DNA of 64,000 nt from an uncultured Bacilli bacterium (GTDB taxonomy: Bacteria > Bacillota_I > Bacilli_A > RF39 > UBA660), in assembly GCA_934089275.1 (NCBI GenBank), contig CAKOJJ010000004.1:6196-70195 (forward strand), in the 5' to 3' direction. A program made the position numbers and the translations under genes. Position 1 is the stretch's first letter; the number at the start of each line of letters is the position of its first letter. Positions 54,761-61,754 of the stretch are shown here, piece by piece. The notes beneath the pieces were generated by a model. It saw nothing but the letters and a program-made list of their open reading frames with translations. It had not been told where the DNA came from and searched no databases.

Positions 54761-55563
54761 TGAGTAAAATAAATATAGAATATACAACTGATAATACAGT
54801 AAGTTATTTACATACAAATCCTGACTTTGTTAAGAAAAAAGTTAACGATAATATATATGATTCAAGTTGGTTAAATGAATCATTAAACGATCAACCATTT
54901 ATTCCGTTAAAATATAAAGTAGAAGATTTTGATTTGAAACTAGATGCTAATGACAATTACAATAAAGTAATGATAGATAATGCAATTACATTATATGAAA
55001 GCCTAAAAGATTTACCAAGAAGGCTTTTGACAGAAGAAAGATTTTGGCTATGGATTACATTTAAGAAATGTTATAGAGCATCAATTCAAAGCATGGGAGA
55101 TAGGATAGAAGGACAATGGATTTTTACAAGAGGAATTCCGAGAAGTATATGGTTTAATGTTCATTCTAGAAGTTATTTTTGGGTTGAATGCACAGTGAAA
55201 GATGATTCAAATGACAAATATGAATATACAAAATTCGCTTTGGAAAAAATAGAAAGAATAAGGAATTTAACATTTGATTCTAATAAACCTAAAAATATAA
55301 TTTATAATGCTGTTAGAGCAGAAAAAGCTATATATGATAAATATTCTAAAAACCCTGAATATGAAGAAGTCTATAAAAAATGTGAATCAGGTAGTTTAGG
55401 ACTTAATATCTATGAAAAAATAAGAAAAGATATTTCTTTATATGGTAGTGTTAGATTACTAAGTGTAATGTCAGATGAAGATATATTCAAATTTGTATAT
55501 AATAAAATAGAAAAGATAATATTAGAAGTAAAGAATGGTAATACAAGCATTCTTTCAAAATAA
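54760..55563 (+). CDS. hypothetical protein, fourth gene of the GHKL operon
   Basis: 267-aa ORF with TAATG stop/start overlap. Trp/Arg-rich central block (RFWLWITF...RSIWFNVHSRSYFWVE). No family recognised. Confidence 0.55.
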   Translation: MSKINIEYTTDNTVSYLHTNPDFVKKKVNDNIYDSSWLNESLNDQPFIPLKYKVEDFDLKLDANDNYNKVMIDNAITLYESLKDLPRRLLTEERFWLWITFKKCYRASIQSMGDRIEGQWIFTRGIPRSIWFNVHSRSYFWVECTVKDDSNDKYEYTKFALEKIERIRNLTFDSNKPKNIIYNAVRAEKAIYDKYSKNPEYEEVYKKCESGSLGLNIYEKIRKDISLYGSVRLLSVMSDEDIFKFVYNKIEKIILEVKNGNTSILSK

Positions 55564-55564
55564 A

Positions 55565-55590
55565 AAAGATACATCAATTTGTATCTTTTT
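55565..55590. terminator. bidirectional hairpin between convergent genes
   Basis: AAAGATACA / TGTATCTTT stem flanked by A- and T-runs. Overlaps the stop of the C5-methyltransferase gene. Confidence 0.55.
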
Positions 55591-56827
55591 CTTGTTCTAT
55601 GATTTTTTCTAATTCTATTCCAATTCTTTCAATTATTCCAACTACCAATGCATTTCCCATCATGAAATTTCTTTTTTTATCACTCATACCTGTATTAGTC
55701 CAATTATCTGGGAAGCAATTAATTCTTTCACATTCAACTGGTGTTAATAGTCTAATTTTTTTAGTTTTATAGTCTTCTACTATATGAGTAGTTCTACTAA
55801 CTCCACCTTCGCTAGTTAGCATAGTTCTAGCTGGAGCTTCTAAATTATCAGGACATGGCATAGCACCTTCAGTATAGAAATATTCTTCTCCGTTAGGTTT
55901 AACTCTTGGGATTCTTTTACCACCTTTTAAGTATTCAAACTTTTTATAAGCTTCATCACTAAGGAAGAATTTTTTATCAACTTCATCGTGTAAGATGATA
56001 TTTTTTAAAGGATATATTTCATCACAATCAGAGGCAACTTTTGAAGTATATACTTTACCGTTCATCATAACACCTGAATTATAAAATTGTGATTTAAATT
56101 TATCGCTTACTTCAACTAAATCTTTAAAAGAATCTTTTGATAAATTAGCTGTGTTAAATTCTAACTCAGTATCTTTAATAGGAAATTGTTTAACAAACAT
56201 TCCATCTTTAAAAATTATATCTTTAGGATTACTCTTTGAAAGTGATTTATAATACTCTGTAGATTTATGATAAGCAAAGATAAATACTCTTCTTCTTTTT
56301 TGCGGTAAACCGTATTCTCCAGCATTAATTACTCTCCATTGGACAGCATATCCATTATCCATGAAACTTCTTAATATAATACCGAAATCTCTACCTCTTT
56401 GTTTAGCAGGAGATAATAATAATCTATCAACGTTTTCTAATAATACAAATGGTGGTTTTTTAGCTTTTAATATATCATTGATAGCCCACCAAAGAACTCC
56501 TTTTTTGCCCTCAATACCTTTACTATTTGAAAGTGTTTGAGCAACAGAGTAATCTTGACATGGAAATCCACCAACTAAAAGTGTATGATTTGGAATTTCT
56601 TTTTTCTTAACTTGGAATATATCAACGTTACTTGCATCTTTGTCACCAAATCTTTTAACATAACAATCAAAAGCTTCTTGTGTTTTAGTAGATGGTTCCC
56701 ATTGATTAGCCCACACAAATTTCCAATCTCCATTTTCTTTAACTTTATTATTTTTTAATTCAACTTTATTTAAACCACACCTAAATCCACCAACACCAGC
56801 AAATAATTCTACTACAGTTTTCTCCAT
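55574..56827 (-). CDS. DNA (cytosine-5)-methyltransferase (M.Sau3AI-like)
   Basis: Motif I FAGVGGF, motif IV GGFPCQDYS, motif VI ENV, motif VIII QKRRRVFI and motif X GNALVV. Confidence 0.92.
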   Translation of the reverse strand: MEKTVVELFAGVGGFRCGLNKVELKNNKVKENGDWKFVWANQWEPSTKTQEAFDCYVKRFGDKDASNVDIFQVKKKEIPNHTLLVGGFPCQDYSVAQTLSNSKGIEGKKGVLWWAINDILKAKKPPFVLLENVDRLLLSPAKQRGRDFGIILRSFMDNGYAVQWRVINAGEYGLPQKRRRVFIFAYHKSTEYYKSLSKSNPKDIIFKDGMFVKQFPIKDTELEFNTANLSKDSFKDLVEVSDKFKSQFYNSGVMMNGKVYTSKVASDCDEIYPLKNIILHDEVDKKFFLSDEAYKKFEYLKGGKRIPRVKPNGEEYFYTEGAMPCPDNLEAPARTMLTSEGGVSRTTHIVEDYKTKKIRLLTPVECERINCFPDNWTNTGMSDKKRNFMMGNALVVGIIERIGIELEKIIEQEKDTN

Positions 56828-56999
56828 GATTTTCTACCTCCTGACATTGTCTAAATCCTCTAAATATATTATAATATATTTGATTGGAAAGATCAACTTT
56901 TGACTTATATTATTATATAATAATAAATAAAAAAGATTAATCTTATAATTATATTTTAAACTAATTTTTTGATTAAAACAAGATCGAAAGGAGAATTTT

Positions 57000-58385
57000 A
57001 TGAAAAAAGGTAGATTATACAATAGACAGGAAATACAATTAATATCTAAATCAGCAATTGGTAAATCAATAAATGATATTATGAATGAAGAAGTAATTAC
57101 AATTGGTGAGAATAATATTTCTAATAAAGGAAGTTTAGGACAACTTGTAGAGCAATTCTTATTTGGTATGGAGAATAATAGCGAATCAGAACCTGATTTT
57201 ATGCCAGCTGGTATAGAATTAAAAGTAACTCCTTATAAAAAAATAAAAGGTGGAAAATTATCTGCAAAGGAAAGATTAGTTTTAAATATTATAAATTATA
57301 TGGATGAATACAAGAATGATTTTGAGAATAGTCATTTTTGGTTTAAAAATAAAGCTATTCAATTATTATGGTATTTATGGGAACCAAATAAAGATACGAA
57401 AGATTTAAAAATAACACATGAAAAGCTATTAGAATTAACAGAAAATGAAGATTTAAATCAGATAAAAGAGGATTGGGAATACATAATTAATAAAATAAAA
57501 GAAGGAAAAGCTCATGAAATATCAGAAGCAGATACAATGTATTTAGGAGCTTGTTCTAAGGGTGCAAATGCTAGTTCGGTTCGTGAACAACCATTTAGTG
57601 ATATACCAGCTATGCAAAGAGCGTTTTGTTTTAAAAATTCTTATATGACTCAGTTAGTTAGAAAGTATATTGGTGATTATTCTGATGTAGAAAAAATCCT
57701 TAAGGGTACAACCAATACATTTAATGAATTTATTGATAACGTAATTAATAAATATAAAGGTAAATCTCAAAATGAATTGATGAAAGAATTTGATATAGAT
57801 TCATCTGCTAAGAATATTAATAATATGATTGTTAGTAGAATGTTTAATGTAAAAAGTAAATTAGCTGAAACAGAAGAATTTCAAAAAGCTAATATTGTTC
57901 CAAGAACTATTAGAATTGAAGAAAATGGTAGAATTAAAGAATCACTTTCTTTTCCAGCATTTAAATTTACTGATATAGTAGAACAAGATTGGGAATCATG
58001 TGATTTAAGAGAAGAATTGGAAACAACTAAATATATGTTTTTTGTGTTTAAAAAAGAAAAAGATGATTATATATTTAAAGGTATTAAGTTATGGAATATG
58101 CCAGAAATGGATATAGAAACATCAGTTATGGAAATGTGGAAGAAAACATATAACACAATTAAAAGTGGAAATATTGTTAGATATATTAAAGATGGTAAGA
58201 GAAAAACTAACTTCGTAGGAATGAGTGAAAACGAAGTTTGCCATGTAAGACCTCATGGAAGAGATTCAAAAGATACATTTAAATTACCAGTAGCTGATAA
58301 ATTAACAAAAGCAACTGAATATACTAAACAATGCTTTTGGATTAATAATAGTTATATTAAAGAAATATTTAAAGAATTTCTTTAA
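57000..58385 (+). CDS. type II restriction endonuclease, MutH/Sau3AI family (GATC-type)
   Basis: NKGSLGQLVEQFLFG...SEPDF...GIELKVTP and IKEDWEYI blocks match the MutH catalytic core (D...ELK). The size fits two-domain Sau3AI. Divergent from the C5 methyltransferase gene. Confidence 0.85.
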   Translation: MKKGRLYNRQEIQLISKSAIGKSINDIMNEEVITIGENNISNKGSLGQLVEQFLFGMENNSESEPDFMPAGIELKVTPYKKIKGGKLSAKERLVLNIINYMDEYKNDFENSHFWFKNKAIQLLWYLWEPNKDTKDLKITHEKLLELTENEDLNQIKEDWEYIINKIKEGKAHEISEADTMYLGACSKGANASSVREQPFSDIPAMQRAFCFKNSYMTQLVRKYIGDYSDVEKILKGTTNTFNEFIDNVINKYKGKSQNELMKEFDIDSSAKNINNMIVSRMFNVKSKLAETEEFQKANIVPRTIRIEENGRIKESLSFPAFKFTDIVEQDWESCDLREELETTKYMFFVFKKEKDDYIFKGIKLWNMPEMDIETSVMEMWKKTYNTIKSGNIVRYIKDGKRKTNFVGMSENEVCHVRPHGRDSKDTFKLPVADKLTKATEYTKQCFWINNSYIKEIFKEFL

Positions 58386-58432
58386 TGTGTCTATTTGTGT
58401 ATATATATAAATTAGTGTGATATAATGTTTAT

Positions 58433-58558
58433 ACATCTTATAAAGAGAGATTGAGGGACTAGCCTTATGAAATCTCACCAACCTATTGAGTTAGGTGGTA
58501 AAGCTAGATCTATAAGGTAACTTTTATTAATACTTAGAGTTACTCTAAGTTTTTTTTT
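58433..58558 (+). promoter_or_regulatory. SAM-I-like riboswitch (P4-less variant) with intrinsic terminator
   Basis: The leader TCTTATAAAGAGAGATTGAGGGACTAGCCTTATGAAATCTCACCAACC...TTAGGTGGTAAAGCTAGATCTATAAGG matches the S-box core. P1 is CTTATA/TATAAG and P2 is GAGAU/AUCUC. P3 has a bulged A. The pseudoknot is CUAGC/GCUAG. Terminator ACTTAGAG-TTA-CTCTAAGT followed by T8. A TGaTATAAT promoter lies at 58418-58426. Confidence 0.75.
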
Positions 58559-58616
58559 ACTCCTTTATAAGATTAGGAAGGAGGATTGTATAATATTAAT
58601 ACCTTTTCAAAAAGAA

Positions 58617-58796
58617 ATGGATAAAGAACGATGGATAATAATAAATAGATTTCAAAAAAAGTATAAGACAAGTAAAGAAAAGGAAGAAGCCTTAAAAAAA
58701 ATGGTAAATAAAGATATTAATTTTCTAATTTATTGTTCTGATAATTTATATGCAAATATTTTTTATTCTAAGTTTTTAAAAAAAGAAGAAAAATGA
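58617..58796 (+). CDS. small hypothetical protein (59 aa, not in the ORF track)
   Basis: ATG at 58617 to TGA at 58794-58796, translating MDKERWIIINRFQKKYKTSKEKEEALKKMVNKDINFLIYCSDNLYANIFYSKFLKKEEK. The GGAGG at 58580-58584 lies about 30 nt upstream, so the true start is uncertain. Confidence 0.35.
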   Translation: MDKERWIIINRFQKKYKTSKEKEEALKKMVNKDINFLIYCSDNLYANIFYSKFLKKEEK

Positions 58797-58821
58797 TAAA
58801 ATAAATGTGAGGAGTGGTGCT

Positions 58822-59067
58822 ATGAAAGATGATTTATTTAATTATTTGGTAGCTACTGATACTTTAGATGAGTTTTTGGGTAAGAAACCTATAATTATTT
58901 CAAATAAAGTAAAATGTATAAATTGTGGTGAAATAATAGAATCTAAAACAATAAATGATTTTAAAAGATGTTCTTGTGGAAAAATTGCTATTGATGGTGG
59001 TAAAGAATATTTAAAAAGAATTGGAAATGAAGAGGATTATATTGAATTAAGTGAAGTAGAAGAATAA
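58822..59067 (+). CDS. small zinc-ribbon protein
   Basis: CINCG...CSCG four-Cys ribbon followed by IDGGKEYLKRIG. ATG at 58822 follows GAGGAG. Confidence 0.55.
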   Translation: MKDDLFNYLVATDTLDEFLGKKPIIISNKVKCINCGEIIESKTINDFKRCSCGKIAIDGGKEYLKRIGNEEDYIELSEVEE

Positions 59068-59068
59068 A

Positions 59069-59137
59069 TGCGTCACTTGCGTCACTTGATTATAGGGGAG
59101 TACTAAATTTAAGTGTCACAAGTGTCATAAGTGTCAT
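59069..59137. repeat. 9-bp-periodic AAGTG/CACTT repeat set (2 inverted + 3 direct)
   Basis: TGCGTCACT x2 at 59069-59086, then AAGTGTCAC, AAGTGTCAT and AAGTGTCAT at 59111-59137. Confidence 0.6.
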
Positions 59138-59139
59138 TG

Positions 59140-59162
59140 GCTAGATAAATCTAGCTTTTTTT
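59140..59162 (+). terminator. weak rho-independent terminator
   Basis: GCTAGA-TAAA-TCTAGC followed by T7. Immediately followed by a TGgTATAAT promoter at 59164-59172. Confidence 0.5.
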
Positions 59163-59202
59163 GTGGTATAATATATTAAATTAATTCTTTTTGGGAGGTT
59201 GT

Positions 59203-61392
59203 ATGATACAAGAAATAAAACTTAAAGATGTAGCTACTTATAAGGACGAAAAATTAACATCAAAAAAAATTAATTTTATATATGGAAATAACGGAACTGG
59301 AAAAACGACAATTTCTAGATTTATAGAGAATCCAAATGAGTTAAAATTTAGTAAATCTAAAATTAATTTTGACGAAACTGGTGAATGTAATAAATTAATT
59401 TATAATCAAGATTTTGTGAAAATTAATTTTAATCCAGAAACAGGACTAAGAGGTATATATACTTTTGGTGAAGAATCAGAAGAAAAATATAAACTTATTG
59501 AAAAATTAAAGAAAGAAAAAGATGAATTAAAAATAAAACTTATACAGAATAAAACAAAAATTGACAATATGAACAATAGTATTATTGATATTAAAAATAA
59601 AGCTACTAATAAATTATGGGATACTTTAAAAAAGAAATATTGCGACAATACTCCTGAATTGTACAAAGGATATTTAGGGAAAAAAGACCAATTTTTTTCT
59701 AAATGTATTAGTGTGGAATATACTGATGATGTTTTAGATAATGACAAGATTGTCAAAGAATATAATTTATTATATAAGGAAGAACCTATAGAAAAGAAAT
59801 TATTACAATCTGTAGATTTTACTTCAATTGTTCCTATTAAAAATAGTGAAATATTTCAAACTGAAATTATTGAAAATAAAGATATTAAGTTGTCAAAATT
59901 GATTGATGATTTAAATAATGGTAATTGGGTTGAAGAAGGTCTATCATATTTAGATCATTCAGATAATAAATGCCCATTTTGCCAACAAGACATTACAAAA
60001 GAATTTATTAATAAAATATATGGACTTTATGATGGAAAATATAAAAAAGAAAAAGATGAGTTTTTTCTTAAAAGAAATTCTTTAATATATAAAATAGATG
60101 AATTTAAGAATTTTATATTAGAAAATGCTTTATTAATAGATGATTCTGAATTGATTGCAAATATTAATTTATATTTTGATAAAGCATTAGAAGAATTATC
60201 AAAAAAAGAAAATGATTTAAAATATAAATGTAGTTTTCCTGAAAATGATGAAATTTTTGATAGAATTGAAAAAAAGATAACCGATGTAAATAAATTAATA
60301 ACTGAAAATAATAATAAAATTAAAGAAATATCTACAAGTAGACAAAAATTATCAGATAATGCATGGAAATTTTTAAGAAATAGTTGTGAACTTGAATTGA
60401 AAGAATACTTTAAAGAAACGGAAAAAAACAATATAGAGTTAAAAAAGGTTATTGAAGATAATGAAAAGATTAATACTAGTATTCAAGAAATTGATGTTGA
60501 AATCAAAAAATTAGAGGATTCTATTACAAGTATCACAAAGACAATTACGCAAATTAATACAACTTTAGAAAAATTCAATTTTACTAATTTTAAATTAAAA
60601 GGAAATGAAGATCATTTAACATATTCAATTATTCGCCCTGATGGTTCTAACGCATCTTCAACATTAAGTGAAGGGGAATTCAGTTTTATTTCATTTTTAT
60701 ATTTTTATAATCTTATTTTTGGCAGTAGAACGAGAAGTGGATTAGAAGAAAATCATATTTTAGTAATCGATGATCCTGTAACCAGTATGGATAGCAATAC
60801 TTTATTTATTATTAGTACTCTTGTACGAGAATTGATAGAATTATGTTTGAATGACAGAAGACATATAAAACAAATATTTATTTTTTCTCATAATTTATAT
60901 TTTTTTAAGGAAGTTGCATATGGATATGATGATGCAAGAAAGAGATTAAATAGGGAAAATGTTGAATTTGCAGTTGTTTCTAAAGTTAATGGAGAATCAC
61001 AAATAAAATCATTTGGTTGCACAAATACAATCAAAACATCATATGAATTATTGTGGAATAAATTGAGAGAAAAAGAATTTGATGATGATTCAATTCAAAA
61101 TACTATGAGAAGAGTTTTAGAACAGTTCTTAAAAATGATTGATTATGGTGGACCAAATAATCGTAATACAGAATTAATAAATATGTTTGATGATATTGAT
61201 AAACCTATTGTTAAATCCTTATTAAGTTATATTAATGACGGTTCTCATAGTATTATGGACGACTTATATATATCACGTGATGCAACAGCTAATGAAAATG
61301 CCTTGAAAATTTTCAAACAAATATTTATAAAATTGGGCTTTAAAAATCATTATAATAGAATGATGAATGAAACCGAAGAAGAAGATAAATAA
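59203..61392 (+). CDS. AAA_13-type ABC-like ATPase, RloC/PrrC-like anticodon nuclease candidate
   Basis: GNNGTGKTT Walker A, CPFCQQ zinc hook, long coiled coil, LSEGEFSF signature and ILVIDDPVTSMD Walker B. C-terminal RRVLEQF ... NDGSHS matches the R-x3-E ... H pattern of PrrC/RloC nuclease domains. Confidence 0.7.
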   Translation: MIQEIKLKDVATYKDEKLTSKKINFIYGNNGTGKTTISRFIENPNELKFSKSKINFDETGECNKLIYNQDFVKINFNPETGLRGIYTFGEESEEKYKLIEKLKKEKDELKIKLIQNKTKIDNMNNSIIDIKNKATNKLWDTLKKKYCDNTPELYKGYLGKKDQFFSKCISVEYTDDVLDNDKIVKEYNLLYKEEPIEKKLLQSVDFTSIVPIKNSEIFQTEIIENKDIKLSKLIDDLNNGNWVEEGLSYLDHSDNKCPFCQQDITKEFINKIYGLYDGKYKKEKDEFFLKRNSLIYKIDEFKNFILENALLIDDSELIANINLYFDKALEELSKKENDLKYKCSFPENDEIFDRIEKKITDVNKLITENNNKIKEISTSRQKLSDNAWKFLRNSCELELKEYFKETEKNNIELKKVIEDNEKINTSIQEIDVEIKKLEDSITSITKTITQINTTLEKFNFTNFKLKGNEDHLTYSIIRPDGSNASSTLSEGEFSFISFLYFYNLIFGSRTRSGLEENHILVIDDPVTSMDSNTLFIISTLVRELIELCLNDRRHIKQIFIFSHNLYFFKEVAYGYDDARKRLNRENVEFAVVSKVNGESQIKSFGCTNTIKTSYELLWNKLREKEFDDDSIQNTMRRVLEQFLKMIDYGGPNNRNTELINMFDDIDKPIVKSLLSYINDGSHSIMDDLYISRDATANENALKIFKQIFIKLGFKNHYNRMMNETEEEDK

Positions 61393-61439
61393 TCTTATAT
61401 ATGAAAACTAGATGATTGAGTTCATCTAGTTTTATTATT

Positions 61440-61754
61440 CTATAATTTAATCATTTGTGATGTTTTTCTATCAACTATCTTTAACTTATATTTATCTTTT
61501 AATATTTTATCTAATTTATCATAATTAAATATTCCATCAAGTAATGAATCAGTAAATCTAGTTAATGCTGAATTGACTTGTTGCTCTAATGTACATTCCC
61601 ACAATGCACTCATTTCATATCCTATAGCTAAGTAATGTGCAACATATTCATACATATATTTTATTAAGTATTTATCCATTTTTTTATCAAATGGAATTAT
61701 TATGTTTAAAAACTCTTCATCAGTGATATTACCACAACTATTTTTCCTTATCAT
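61440..61754 (-). CDS. hypothetical protein (paralogue of 50237-50560)
   Basis: 104 aa with the shared ITDEEF block. An operator-like palindrome lies upstream. Confidence 0.45.
   Translation of the reverse strand: MIRKNSCGNITDEEFLNIIIPFDKKMDKYLIKYMYEYVAHYLAIGYEMSALWECTLEQQVNSALTRFTDSLLDGIFNYDKLDKILKDKYKLKIVDRKTSQMIKL

Noticed and set aside
56834-57022. 62-aa minus-strand ORF between the C5 methyltransferase and the endonuclease, considered as a possible C (controller) protein
   Set aside because: It has no HTH pattern and overlaps the endonuclease start and the divergent promoter region. The sequence is low complexity, so it is treated as spurious. Two GATC sites lie in this spacer (56891 and 56982), but that number is not clearly above expectation.
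58501-58512. A P4 helix for the SAM riboswitch formed by TAGATCTA
   Set aside because: The segment is a loop-less 8-nt palindrome and cannot fold as a hairpin. GCTAG is better explained as the pseudoknot partner of the P2 loop, so the element is described as P4-less rather than forced into the canonical four-helix model.
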